Shown piece after piece: positions 52,880-63,507 of a stretch of 64,000 nt of DNA. The stretch comes from a plasmid. The position numbers and the translations under genes were made by a program. How positions within the stretch are numbered: position 1 is the first letter of the stretch; each line of letters begins with the position of its first letter. The stretch is taken from sequence record NZ_LC532224.1. One strand, written 5' to 3'. Under the pieces are notes generated by a model. That model did not search any database, was not told where the DNA came from, and worked only from the letters and a program-made list of their open reading frames with translations.

Positions 52880-54997
52880 CTATTCATCCTTTTCAAAAAA
52901 ACGGACAGCATCTGCATAAAAATCTCTCTCAAGCATCAGAAAATCCCTGTCAGCCTGAGGAGCATTATTTCGCACGGCAATCTCCAGAAGGTTGTCATAA
53001 TGAGCCATCCTGCGTTTCCACACGGGAACAGAATCAGCTCCGGCCAGCATGTTCTCACATCCCGGATTGCAGGACGCTGACTGAACAACCGCCTTAAACT
53101 CGCAGTCATGGCCATTCATGCAATAAAAACCGTTTCCAAGAGATACCAGTTTTTGCCCGCCTCGTTTAGCCATGCTCATCGCTTTTTTCAGTGTAGGAAA
53201 CGTCATCTGATGTAAGTGCCCACCTCTCTGGGACATCAGTAACTTCCCGCCTTCGCCATAAAGCAGGCCTTCATGCTGATAAGAAACAGCCCTGGAAGCT
53301 GAGAGTTCGGTATCAACCCTCTCAATCTCGGCAGCGAATGCCTGAGGGATCGCCCGGCTAAAATGCGAAGCGTTGAGTGCACCGGACATATACCACTCCG
53401 TCATGCCTCTGATTAAGTGCTTAAACTGCCGGATAAGATCATTAGTAGAAATCAGATCAAGACGCCTGAGGTGTACAGCAAGTGAACGGCGAAACTGATG
53501 GGTTCGCAATGGCCAGAAAGCCCCCTCCCGAATCTCCATCGCAACGCGTTCATCATCACGTATGTTTGGATTTAAAAGCCTGAACTCATCAATATGGTCA
53601 CGTCGGATGAACAGATGGTGTCTTTTCACAAATTTCTTTGCCCACTCAGTCTGGCGCTGCGTCCCCATAAAAGAGAGTTTTTGCTCCGAGAACCACGACC
53701 TGATATTTAAAGACAATGGAACATTGTCCAGCGTCTTCCCGTCCAGGCCTGTCATGATTTGATTAATTCTGCGTAAATGCTGAAAAGGCTTTTCCACATA
53801 GCGACAAACAACCCAGTCTTCGTGACTTCCACCTTCCGGGGCGAACTTATGCAACACCGAACGAAGTCCCAGGATATCACCATCATAAATCAGTGAACCG
53901 TGCATCACGCCAAGCACTTCGCTGTGTCTCATCCCCGACATGGCCTGTATCACATTCATGACTTTTAACGTCAGCTCAAAATGCCAGGTGTTCAGCTTTA
54001 TGTGATCAACGCCAATAAAATCAGATCTCCAGCGCTTATTTTTATGTACCGAGAACCAGCCCTGCATCCCGGGGCCAAGTGTCGCGAAAAGCGCCCGAAT
54101 TTCCCCGGCAACAATATTGTAGTAATACGCGGCCCGGTAATCCGGTATGCTTTTTGCTGTCCCTCTTTTACGGGCTTCCAGCATCGACGTATAGTAAGGC
54201 GAATCATAAAAACCGTTTATGATAGCGCACAGCCGGGAAAACCCGTCAAAATCGAAATCACTGATTTCAGCATCCAGTTCAGTAATCAGCCCTTCCCAGA
54301 CAGACATCATAAGACTGAAAGGCATACAATATGTCTGGTTTGAATCATCCACACTGTTGTAACTGTCGAAGCTAATATCAGGAAAGTAACCGTATTTTCG
54401 AAGACGGGTATGACCTGTCAGCGAGATATCCGCCAGGTCCATAAAGTAATTACGTAATGTTCTTTCAGAACGCTTCCTGCCGTGCTCATCCTCCTCCTTC
54501 ATCTTTACAATGAAAGCATTCCGGACAAGCGGAAAACGAAGCTGAAACAGACTGCGATACCCCATAGACTCAATAATACGGGCTCCCGCCACAATGTTTG
54601 CACATTTCCGGATCAGGGACTGCGTCTTCGCGGTCCTGCCGACAATCCAGAGCAGGCTGGCTGAGATGATTTTGGCTTCAAGACGCAGTTCAGGATCCCG
54701 TATGCCTGAAAAATTAACGGTTCTTAACGTTTCACCAATATGGGTTCTGACATAGCGATTGGTCCAGACATCATCCCTGAAATAAATATTCAGCGTCTCC
54801 TCATTGATAAAACGCATATCATGTTCATCTGAGCTGGCGATAACCAGGCAGTTATTCAGACGTTCAAAGCTTTTGTTTTCTAGTGCCTCACAGATGATAT
54901 CCTCAGTCGGAAACTCATCCCCTGAACGAAGCGGCGTTCCGGCAGGAAACTCCGCCATTCGACTACGGCTTACCTCTTTTTTCTTCAAATCTGCCAT
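52880..54997 (-). CDS. Large tyrosine recombinase (705 aa).
   Basis: Box I SGMRHSEVLGV. Box II HQFRRSLAVHL … KHLIRGMTEWY (catalytic Tyr). Confidence 0.7.
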   Translation of the reverse strand: MADLKKKEVSRSRMAEFPAGTPLRSGDEFPTEDIICEALENKSFERLNNCLVIASSDEHDMRFINEETLNIYFRDDVWTNRYVRTHIGETLRTVNFSGIRDPELRLEAKIISASLLWIVGRTAKTQSLIRKCANIVAGARIIESMGYRSLFQLRFPLVRNAFIVKMKEEDEHGRKRSERTLRNYFMDLADISLTGHTRLRKYGYFPDISFDSYNSVDDSNQTYCMPFSLMMSVWEGLITELDAEISDFDFDGFSRLCAIINGFYDSPYYTSMLEARKRGTAKSIPDYRAAYYYNIVAGEIRALFATLGPGMQGWFSVHKNKRWRSDFIGVDHIKLNTWHFELTLKVMNVIQAMSGMRHSEVLGVMHGSLIYDGDILGLRSVLHKFAPEGGSHEDWVVCRYVEKPFQHLRRINQIMTGLDGKTLDNVPLSLNIRSWFSEQKLSFMGTQRQTEWAKKFVKRHHLFIRRDHIDEFRLLNPNIRDDERVAMEIREGAFWPLRTHQFRRSLAVHLRRLDLISTNDLIRQFKHLIRGMTEWYMSGALNASHFSRAIPQAFAAEIERVDTELSASRAVSYQHEGLLYGEGGKLLMSQRGGHLHQMTFPTLKKAMSMAKRGGQKLVSLGNGFYCMNGHDCEFKAVVQSASCNPGCENMLAGADSVPVWKRRMAHYDNLLEIAVRNNAPQADRDFLMLERDFYADAVRFFEKDE

Positions 54998-56784
54998 ACC
55001 GGAGCCACACCTTCTCGCTGAAGTTTAACGCGCGCTTTTTTCAGGATCGCCTCATCTACCAGCCCAAGCCGTAAATCAATCTTCAGGAGTAACGTTTCAT
55101 AACGCTCCACAGCATTGACCGAACCGATGTACAACGGTTTTCCATACTCGATAGCATGCCTGAATGACAGCAGGAGCCATACAGACTCCAGCGTTTCCAC
55201 AACGCAACTTTTTGAACATTCGACACAATGAGAAAAATCCGCACAAGCCTTTGGTGTCCGGCCAAATCGTTTTTGCTTTTTTATAAAGCGCAATTCAATA
55301 TCTGTAGGCGGCTCCTGCGATCGACATCCCAGGCCATTCAATAAAAGATCCACACCCTCATCGCTTCCACGCAGATCGATCCCCAGCTCATCAGCAACTT
55401 TTACCCGCTCGGATAACGCACGTGTCGCAATCCCCTGATTCATAAGCGTATCAAGTGCAGCACTGAAGTTTTCCTTCGCCCCCTGTGGGTTACCTGCAGC
55501 ATAATTCCGCCTGTAAGTGCCCCAGTTATGCTGTGCTTTTTCCGCCGTAATCAGACCATTCTTTAATGTTCTGTCCGTATACTGCTCAGACGTTTTGCGC
55601 AAGCCAGAAACGGTAATTGATGGAAGCGAGGGATTAAGCTGCCGCATCGTGGCCCACGCCCCCTCAGAGTTAGAAAATTTAGTCAGATGACTGGGATTAA
55701 GAGAATAAAGCTTATGGAATTTCACCTGCGGCTCACTCAGAAACAGCGCCTGTACCGGAGGGAAGTTATCTGCGGAAACCAGATAGTTAACGATGTCGTC
55801 CCTGAGCCTGATAAAAGACAGAAACCAGTAATAGCCCGCACGTTTGGTCACATACTCCGATTTACCTATCGTCAGACGTATATACTTATTCGCTCTCCCC
55901 TTATAAACATAATCAGTGCTGATACCCTTTTCATCCAGATGTATATCATCCCGCGTCAGACCCAGAACCTGAGAGGTGTTTCCCCATGTGTGGTAACAGA
56001 ACAGAAAAAAAGAAGTAAGAAAGTAATTTTCCAGAACGTCCCTGATGATGATCTCTGCCCTGCTGACCCCGTTCTCTCCCGGATACCGGAAATACGCTTC
56101 ATAAACAGGTGCCAGCAAAGACGGTGAGAAATGCCGCACCCCTTTTTCCGATTTAGCGATATGCTCCCGGATACATCCCGCAAGGAACTCATTCATGGAT
56201 GACAACTGCCTCAGGATCTCGGAAAGTTCATTCCTGGTATAGCTATCCCTTCCCTGCTGCTGATACGTTCCTTTCGGTAAGAATTCATATTCATACCGCC
56301 TCTGAATCTGCCCGCCCGTAAGCAAAAACCGGTTGACCACGGACAAGTAGTGTCTTGCCATCCTGACTGAAATTTTTCGCCGACGAATATCGTTCATGAG
56401 ATGTTTAATATACATTTCAACGCCTTCAGCCGTGCCATAGTCATACTGATTGACTGACTGCCATATAAAAAACATATTGAGATAACGGAAAATGGTTAAC
56501 CTTCCGGCGGGACGGTAAGACAGAAGAAATCGTTTCAGAGAGGCAATAAAATCGCGTTTTTCAGGGCGGGCAAGATGCGAATGTTCACTAAACCATCCGG
56601 GGAGCAACACATAATCTGAAAAATGAGCCTGAAGATAAACGTCAAGTAAATAATATCGGTTCAGATCCCGCTGAGTGATGTGTCCGCTGACCGTCTCCCA
56701 TGACAGCACATTTTCGGCCATCCACGTTATCTGCGTTTCACTCCGGCTCATATATGGCTCCATCGCGACCTGCAGCACCGTCAA
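54985..56784 (-). CDS. Tyrosine recombinase (599 aa, TnpB-like).
   Basis: Box I LGLTRDDIHL. …SGLRKTS… AQHNWGTYRRNY. Confidence 0.65.
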   Translation of the reverse strand: MTVLQVAMEPYMSRSETQITWMAENVLSWETVSGHITQRDLNRYYLLDVYLQAHFSDYVLLPGWFSEHSHLARPEKRDFIASLKRFLLSYRPAGRLTIFRYLNMFFIWQSVNQYDYGTAEGVEMYIKHLMNDIRRRKISVRMARHYLSVVNRFLLTGGQIQRRYEYEFLPKGTYQQQGRDSYTRNELSEILRQLSSMNEFLAGCIREHIAKSEKGVRHFSPSLLAPVYEAYFRYPGENGVSRAEIIIRDVLENYFLTSFFLFCYHTWGNTSQVLGLTRDDIHLDEKGISTDYVYKGRANKYIRLTIGKSEYVTKRAGYYWFLSFIRLRDDIVNYLVSADNFPPVQALFLSEPQVKFHKLYSLNPSHLTKFSNSEGAWATMRQLNPSLPSITVSGLRKTSEQYTDRTLKNGLITAEKAQHNWGTYRRNYAAGNPQGAKENFSAALDTLMNQGIATRALSERVKVADELGIDLRGSDEGVDLLLNGLGCRSQEPPTDIELRFIKKQKRFGRTPKACADFSHCVECSKSCVVETLESVWLLLSFRHAIEYGKPLYIGSVNAVERYETLLLKIDLRLGLVDEAILKKARVKLQREGVAPVWQI

Positions 56785-57985
56785 TCAATGCGTCCATGAC
56801 CCCGGCGACTGCATCAGAAATCTGGTTTTGCTGAAGAAAGACGATGTATTTCATCGTCGTATTTTCGCTTTTATGGCCCATCCAGTATTTTACTGTACCC
56901 AGCGCATTTGCGGCCTGATCGGGATAGCAACTCAGTGCCGAGCGTAAAAAATGGGTCGCAAACGTTGCCCGCAAATCATGGGGTTTATGTCTGAACACAT
57001 TTCCCGGAGCAGACCGGGCCAGGCGATGGCGAAAACTGTACCAGCGGGAGTAAAAGGCTTTTTCAGACATCCGTTTCCCGTTTGCCATTAAAAATAAAGG
57101 CTCGTGCCGCCCTTCCCCACCCTGTCGTGCACGCCATTTTTGGATCTTCTTTTCATACTCCTCATCCGCCAGATAATCCAGAACCTGCTCGTACAATCGT
57201 CTGGTGATGAAGAGTTCTCGCGTCATCCCAAACTTCGTATGAACTCCGCATCTCGGACCAATATGAAGCCCCCTGATGGTCAACTCAGATACAGGGACAC
57301 TGGCAAGGTACTCTTCAGTAAAGAGTGACGACGGCAGGGTCAGCATTTCATCCAGCCGTAACCCACAATTTTTCATCAGCACAATCATTAAACTGAACAA
57401 CCCGGACTCAGATTTCAGTGCCTCATCCAGGATATGAACCTCTGCATCATTCAGTGGGTTGATTGTCCTTTTTGTTGTGCTGGTTATCCTGATGGCAAGA
57501 TCCGAACTTATCACCTTGCGTCGCCCGTCAACGACTTTTTCGACCAACGTAAAAAATGAGCTGGCAGCCAGCTCACCACACTTGCCCAGAAATACGTAAA
57601 ACCGTCGGATAACGCTGATGTACACCGCCGCGGTGGATGAGGCGATGCGCCCCTGCCTTACGGCCCCCAGAAGATACTCCCTGAAGCCATATGTAGGGCT
57701 TTGGTATTTCAACGTTCCCGGGGTGAAAGGGTCAAGTCCGTTATCCTCCAGCCACCTTATCCAGCGTAAAAATGCCCGGGCTAAAGGCTTTAAATCCCTG
57801 GCCTGCAGGATAGCTTTATCCATAAGATAAAAGTGTACATATCGGCTCAGTTTTCGATTCTGGATGCCGCTAATATAAGGTATTTCAGCATACAGAAATC
57901 CGGGTTCAAATTTCAGTTTCGGCTCTGTTGCATCCAGTTTGCTGACACGCCCATAACGCGCATGAATGTTAGTGATTATCCTCAC
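56738..57985 (-). CDS. Tyrosine recombinase (415 aa, TnpA-like / XerD-like).
   Basis: GLRLDEMLTL, HDLRATFATHFL and MGHKSENTTMKYI give a complete R-H-R-Y set. Confidence 0.8.
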   Translation of the reverse strand: MRIITNIHARYGRVSKLDATEPKLKFEPGFLYAEIPYISGIQNRKLSRYVHFYLMDKAILQARDLKPLARAFLRWIRWLEDNGLDPFTPGTLKYQSPTYGFREYLLGAVRQGRIASSTAAVYISVIRRFYVFLGKCGELAASSFFTLVEKVVDGRRKVISSDLAIRITSTTKRTINPLNDAEVHILDEALKSESGLFSLMIVLMKNCGLRLDEMLTLPSSLFTEEYLASVPVSELTIRGLHIGPRCGVHTKFGMTRELFITRRLYEQVLDYLADEEYEKKIQKWRARQGGEGRHEPLFLMANGKRMSEKAFYSRWYSFRHRLARSAPGNVFRHKPHDLRATFATHFLRSALSCYPDQAANALGTVKYWMGHKSENTTMKYIVFLQQNQISDAVAGVMDALIDGAAGRDGAIYEPE

Positions 57986-58598
57986 AGTCTGTCGCCCTGA
58001 AACGCCACCTCATGCCTACACTATAAATCCGGAAGAAGAAAAAACAAACAACCAGGTTGCCGGGAGTGAATATGCAAATCAGGAGGAAAGTAAAAGATGT
58101 AACGACACCATCACGATGCAATACATTGACCTCAACACGTTACCCGGACCATACGTGATAAACATCACAAATCCTTTGAGTGAAGAACTTAAGATGTGAT
58201 TTTCATTTCCCGGCACAAACCGTGCCCTTAAAAAACAGGCAACGGATACATCTTAATGCCAGAAGTAAACCTTAATTGATTGAATACAGCCTGAGTCCAT
58301 TGCAAAAATAACACACAGGGTAAATTCGCATATACAGAACCCAACGAAAAGCAAAAGAAACCTGTAACACATTTCGTTTACCTGTCACTTTCAATTGTAA
58401 AAGCCAGCAGAAAAAGCGCATATAACTATATTTATCCCTGCGGGGACTTTTGTTTGTGCTATATATTTTTTACAGAGAACCGCAACGCGTCCAAACACAA
58501 GAATATATTTACCTCTGGAAAATGGTCTGACTCCCTTTCACGTGGTTGTAGTGACCTGTTCTGTGATTCATGTAATGTCTTTTCTGGATGAGGAAAAT

Positions 58599-59234
58599 AT
58601 GTCATCACTGATATTTTATACAGACGAAGCACAAGCACTGATTGTAACAGATACCCTTGCCGTCACCGATAATGGGGAGCCGTTATCTTTTGTTTCCAAA
58701 GCAGGTTACATCCCCCAGCTAAGAACCATCATAGCAGGTACGGGGGCAGGTGGATTTTCTAACACCTGGTTGCTTGAAGCATCAACCAGAATGGTCGTAT
58801 CAGGTATACAAAATCTCAATTATCATACATCGGCCTGTCTAAGGAGGCTGTGGAAACAATACAAGCATGACCATGCAATTCCCTCTTCTTCAACGGTGAC
58901 AACCAGTGTTTATCAGTTCGCAATTTGCGAGGAAACAGGAAATATCGTTTCGTTCGCCTATCGCTCAGTCCATGATTTCGAATCAGAGCAATTACAATAC
59001 GGAACAGGAGTAAAACCTGAGTGCCAAATCCTGGATGGGGATTTGTTGCAGACAATTCCTGTAATGATGAATGAACAAAGGGCTATACAGGCGACATACT
59101 CACACCCGGAACGGATCCATATTGGCGGTGAGATGATTGCGCATTATCTGACATCATCTATGTATCAATGCTTTAAGATTGGGGAATTTGAGGATTTCAG
59201 AACTCAGGGAGAGTATATATTGAGCAGGATTTAG
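58599..59234 (+). CDS. Hypothetical protein (212 aa).
   Basis: ORF (MSSLIFYTDEAQALIVTD…). The internal start is chosen. No recognisable domain. Confidence 0.45.
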   Translation: MSSLIFYTDEAQALIVTDTLAVTDNGEPLSFVSKAGYIPQLRTIIAGTGAGGFSNTWLLEASTRMVVSGIQNLNYHTSACLRRLWKQYKHDHAIPSSSTVTTSVYQFAICEETGNIVSFAYRSVHDFESEQLQYGTGVKPECQILDGDLLQTIPVMMNEQRAIQATYSHPERIHIGGEMIAHYLTSSMYQCFKIGEFEDFRTQGEYILSRI

Positions 59235-59261
59235 GCAAAACGCGGTTCAGATAAAGTGCTT

Positions 59262-60314
59262 TTAACAGGCTTGCTGAACATTAAAAGGATATCTCTCAAT
59301 TACGATGAATAGCTTGAATTCTAAAAATAGAAAAGTAGAGTTTAACTCTAAATACATAAAAACAAGAGTAAGCGAGCACCCATATCGAGCCCCACAAGCT
59401 GATGTTCGAGTGGGTTTCTCCGGCGACCAGATACACTCCCCGGTGGCGTCTTTATAAAGCGTTGCCAGGCTGAAGTTATCCGGCATAAAGCTTGGTAAAG
59501 GGAAGCGTGATTCGGAACCACAGGCCATCAGAAAAGACCAGATGTCCTGAGTGCGCCACTCCTTTACCGGATAGAGTTCACCACCGTGCTCAGTCAGGGT
59601 TACTTTCCTCGCCTGCCCTCCCATTTTGAGGATATTTCCTGCCCTTCGGGCACTTTCATCATCCCTGGAGCCCAGCATCAGGCATACCCTGCTTCGAACG
59701 GATGCCGGGGCGTTTTTCAGGTAACGAGCTTTGGCCTGGCGCAGGGGCGCGATTTTGTAGTCGGTTGAGCACTGTCGGGTAGAAGAATTAGTCCAGGTCG
59801 GAAGTCCGCGCCCAGTCAGAATGCGGCCGACCCAGCTCTGCGTAAGAGACGGTCGGGCGACAAGGACTGTGACCGGTAGCTGGTGTTCAGCAATGAACAT
59901 TCTGAGCTGGTTGAGAACCTGTGAAGCCTGATAGTGCATCTCAGGGTTTTCGATCAGCGTATCGGACATCTGAATGAAATGATGTTCGCTGATATTTGTG
60001 CCGTTACGTACTGCCCTGATCAATGCCATCAGAAACAGGTGCAGAAGAGAATGGGAGTCTTTGCCGCCACTGTATCCCACGCACATTGTCCAGCCGTCCG
60101 TAATAGCCTGATAAATAGCAGATGTGGCTGACATGACCAGAGAAGAAAGACTCACAGTCTCCTTTTCATCGGTATAGTTCAGATCGGCATCGGTTGTCAG
60201 GGTCTCCCAAACATCCGCCCATTTATCATGTTTCAAAATGGCAGCATTAGCCGCCTCAGGAAAAATAACTTCTGAGGATAATTCAAGGAATGAGTCGCTT
60301 TTTTCAATAAACAT
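59262..60314 (-). CDS. PAPS-reductase/DndC-like PP-loop ATP pyrophosphatase family protein (350 aa).
   Basis: CVGYSGGKDSHSLL PP-loop (SGGxDS) motif. CGARYGC sits near the C-terminus. Confidence 0.6.
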   Translation of the reverse strand: MFIEKSDSFLELSSEVIFPEAANAAILKHDKWADVWETLTTDADLNYTDEKETVSLSSLVMSATSAIYQAITDGWTMCVGYSGGKDSHSLLHLFLMALIRAVRNGTNISEHHFIQMSDTLIENPEMHYQASQVLNQLRMFIAEHQLPVTVLVARPSLTQSWVGRILTGRGLPTWTNSSTRQCSTDYKIAPLRQAKARYLKNAPASVRSRVCLMLGSRDDESARRAGNILKMGGQARKVTLTEHGGELYPVKEWRTQDIWSFLMACGSESRFPLPSFMPDNFSLATLYKDATGECIWSPEKPTRTSACGARYGCSLTLVFMYLELNSTFLFLEFKLFIVIERYPFNVQQAC

Positions 60315-60479
60315 ATATTTTCCTGAACCACGGTATATGCTGCATCACTGATATTATTAGAACTTTAAAATAACTACAGCGCAACCATTTAGCGAAATTA
60401 TATTAAATCAAAATCACGCGGATTTAATGTCAATATATATAAAAATAATCCATTGTAATTTAATCACCCGGCACAGCTA

Positions 60480-60929
60480 TTAGTTATAGGTTGGCGGCGT
60501 AATAAATGCCGTATTATTTGTTTTCAACTCAGACAGCGGAATAAAAGGAGTGTTAAGAGTCATGTCATCACCACAATGGCGTGGTAGAGCTGAAAGCTGA
60601 AATGAATCTTTCATCACCCTAATAACCGGGCATTCCGTACGTGCTGATGGCATTACTTCCCGCAGCATCGCTTCCTGCTTTATGCTGTCGCTATGCTTAT
60701 ATTCATCCATGTCTTTTATTTCTTGAATTTCATCTTCACCACAAAATGACCAGTTAGCGTCATAGAAGTAAAACTCAGTTAAATGAAGATCGTTTTCTTT
60801 CACGTATGCCGCCAATTTGCGGATACGCTGTTCAAGCATTGTATCTATCCGTAAGGAAACACTCTGCGGAACGTCACTTGCAAATTCATTGATACAATCA
60901 ACGGTAGAAACTATGAATTTATTGGTCAT
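60480..60929 (-). CDS. Hypothetical protein (150 aa).
   Basis: ORF, second gene of a two-gene operon. Confidence 0.4.
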   Translation of the reverse strand: MTNKFIVSTVDCINEFASDVPQSVSLRIDTMLEQRIRKLAAYVKENDLHLTEFYFYDANWSFCGEDEIQEIKDMDEYKHSDSIKQEAMLREVMPSARTECPVIRVMKDSFQLSALPRHCGDDMTLNTPFIPLSELKTNNTAFITPPTYN

Positions 60930-60979
60930 GGCAGGCTCCAGGCCACCGGGGAAACCGGTGGCTACGGTAATTGGCAGGC

Positions 60980-61771
60980 TTAAGCGCCGCAAAGGGTGTC
61001 AAGGGAAGGGAGAAGCTTGCTCAGCTTGTCGTAATCGAGCGGAGACAGTTCTGTAACGAGTTCGACCGAAAGACTAGTGTTGTCTTCTTCACACAGAATA
61101 TAGATTCCGTCTTCTGGCTCTTTTCCGGCACATGCCTTCAGTCGTTTGTTAACGACCTCCTGGGCTGAATCCGCTACGTCGCAGCTCAGGACATAGCTTG
61201 CCACATAGCTGCTCTCACCGTGGTAATGCGTCACTTTACACAGAGCATACTGGATACCGGCTTTGTGAGCCTCATTCATGAGACGAGAAAACTGACAGCC
61301 ATCCTGGTAATAGTGGGTATCCTTTGTGACCAGAATAGTCATACCCCCAAATTCATCTGTCCGGCTTTTACTGCATGTAAATGCAGCAGTAATTGTTACC
61401 ATTTCCGAGAGGTCGAATACCGACAGCACGGCAGTTGTGAGGCAAATTGCATGGTCAAGATCAATGGTCTCTCCATGAAAAACTGCCAGCCCACTGCTGG
61501 TAACTTCTGTTGCGAACAACAGTTCATAATTGCAGTCTGGGCAGGATGGTTGCCCAAAGCTCGGCTCAGAAGGGTCATACTCAGGGTGGTTCTCGATAAT
61601 ACTGAGGATCAGCTTCTCAGTCAGAGAACAATCTGTCAGTGGCTTATCAAGCAAACGCTCACCTTCTGCAATTTCTGCTTCGGTAACGAATGTGATTGCT
61701 TCTTGTGCCATTTTTGCCTGCTCCTGAGTGCAGGGAATAATAAACGACGCCTGAGTATAATTATCTGCCAC
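60980..61771 (-). CDS. Hypothetical protein (263 aa), Cys/His-rich.
   Basis: ORF with no recognisable domain. Confidence 0.45.
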   Translation of the reverse strand: MADNYTQASFIIPCTQEQAKMAQEAITFVTEAEIAEGERLLDKPLTDCSLTEKLILSIIENHPEYDPSEPSFGQPSCPDCNYELLFATEVTSSGLAVFHGETIDLDHAICLTTAVLSVFDLSEMVTITAAFTCSKSRTDEFGGMTILVTKDTHYYQDGCQFSRLMNEAHKAGIQYALCKVTHYHGESSYVASYVLSCDVADSAQEVVNKRLKACAGKEPEDGIYILCEEDNTSLSVELVTELSPLDYDKLSKLLPSLDTLCGA

Positions 61772-61945
61772 AGTTGACTCCTTGATTATTTAATTAATGT
61801 ATTTGATGAGAAGATCATAACAAATACACTAATACCAACTAATAACCTGAAGGCGTTTTTTTAGAAAAAATATTAAGAAGAAGAATATGAACACTACCTC
61901 ATCTTAAATTAATATCATTCAGGATTAATATTCATTTTTGCAAAT

Positions 61946-61969
61946 AAAAACCGCCAGACGGCGGCTTTT
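61946..61969 (-). terminator. Rho-independent terminator for the 63213..62001 minus-strand operon (possibly bidirectional).
   Basis: aaaaaccgcc-agac-ggcggctttta. Confidence 0.6.
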
Positions 61970-62000
61970 ATAAAGAGGGAAATATCATTGGAAGTTGAAA

Positions 62001-62258
62001 TTACTTCACGGCAGGCCGACAAATTACGCGACTGCTGTGAGCTGAAGCGAAACTTGTAGAGGAAACTATAATCACCTTTTCTAAGTCGTCGGCACTGTCA
62101 GCAATATGATGCCGGAAAGCCTCCTCTGCATCACCAGGGGAGTCGGCTTCGACCAGGTAGGCCTGATCATCATCATCAAACATAATGCGCCCGGAAATGA
62201 GATAAAGTCGGCTCAAATCTGGCGTTGCTGCGCTCGTGCTTCGTTCGTTCAGATTCAT
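62001..62258 (-). CDS. Hypothetical acidic protein (85 aa).
   Basis: ORF. Confidence 0.4.
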   Translation of the reverse strand: MNLNERSTSAATPDLSRLYLISGRIMFDDDDQAYLVEADSPGDAEEAFRHHIADSADDLEKVIIVSSTSFASAHSSRVICRPAVK

Positions 62259-62323
62259 TTTTTCTCCGTCTGTTGCTCGTAAAAAGAATGACGCCGGTTT
62301 AAAAGGCGTCGCCAGGGTTCGGG

Positions 62324-62650
62324 CTAAAACGCAGGGTTGCCATCGAGGAAGCTCATTGGCTGGCCAATAGCGGATGCCACCCTGAGAATTTCACCTGGTG
62401 TGGCATAACGCAGCATTTCAGAGCGTCCAAATTTCTGATACTCATCTACTGACATCTTTCTCCACTCTGGGTGAGGATCTTTTCCGCACAGTGACCAGTT
62501 GCTTTCAGAGGAATCACGACGGAGAACGTACACATCAAGCGAGGCTGTAAGCCCACTTCCATATCCCCGCTGCGCTACAATACGAACCTGAGAACCATCG
62601 TCGCGTTGCAACGTCTGGGTTAATTTCGTGATAGGATCCTGAGAATGCAT
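62324..62650 (-). CDS. Hypothetical protein (108 aa).
   Basis: ORF, with an operator motif about 210 bp upstream. Confidence 0.45.
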   Translation of the reverse strand: MHSQDPITKLTQTLQRDDGSQVRIVAQRGYGSGLTASLDVYVLRRDSSESNWSLCGKDPHPEWRKMSVDEYQKFGRSEMLRYATPGEILRVASAIGQPMSFLDGNPAF

Positions 62651-62857
62651 GCCATTTACCTCGTTTTCAAAAGATTTACCGTAAGTAAATGATACCGAAT
62701 CGAGAATTCTGGCTAATAGGTCAGAAGAAAAAATAATGAATATTTTTGAAGTGTAGGATAATGATTAGAATAAAATGGCCTGAATAAATCGCTAGCGGTT
62801 AAATCCGCTTATTTCAGAGAAGCTCTGATTTAGTAGTTAGGGAAAACGATGCGGTGA

Positions 62858-62868
62858 AAAGTAACTTT
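62858..62868. promoter_or_regulatory. Palindromic operator-like motif AAAGTAACTTT (site 6), on the far side of the accessory mosaic.
   Basis: Exact 11-bp palindrome in the context GTGAAAAGTAACTTTTACACC. Confidence 0.6.
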
Positions 62869-62892
62869 TACACCGCAATTCAGAAAAAAGTT

Positions 62893-63213
62893 TCAATTAG
62901 TCACATTACGAATAACCCGGCTTACTTTCGCATGTGCGTTCCCCTGGATGTTAAAGTAAAGCCCCTCAGGCAGACTCGTCGCCCACTTAACTCCTCGCTC
63001 AGCCATACGCTTCGGTGTTTCCAGCCAACCACGAGGAATATTGCCCGTAACGTCACCGATAACCCGTGAAATGCATGCTGCTACCCGGATGCCGCCGGGA
63101 ATATCGCATTCGGATTCAACAATATGCATAACCTCAAATAAAGCACCATGCCGCTGGACATGATCGCCAATGTGCAACTCGATAGGAGAAACCATTTCTG
63201 TATCTGACTTCAT
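62893..63213 (-). CDS. Hypothetical protein (106 aa).
   Basis: ORF. Confidence 0.4.
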   Translation of the reverse strand: MKSDTEMVSPIELHIGDHVQRHGALFEVMHIVESECDIPGGIRVAACISRVIGDVTGNIPRGWLETPKRMAERGVKWATSLPEGLYFNIQGNAHAKVSRVIRNVTN

Positions 63214-63507
63214 ATCTGTCCACCTTTAATTTAGAAACCGTCTAAATTACCAATATAGTTAATGTACCGGATGTTAATTCAACAAGTTCTGTATCACAAC
63301 CATCAGTTTTTTTTGTTGGGTCTATATCGGAGAAACAAGTGAATATTGAATACACTCGTTAATACAGACAACCGGAAATGAATGGCACCCTAATTATCTC
63401 TGCGGCGTATGCTAAGCCGTTAATATTGTCATTTTATGGTAGAAACAATGCAAAATGAATAAACCGCTTGTCGCTTCAAACCACTTTATCAAAACCGTTA
63501 ACTTGCA

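Noticed and set aside
52448-57985. Assignment of the recombinase trio to RIT (recombinase-in-trio) elements.
   Set aside because: RIT recombinases are about 300-430 aa each, with a fixed A-B-C size pattern. Here the genes are 415/599/705 aa plus a small fourth gene, closer to the Tn554 tnpABC layout.
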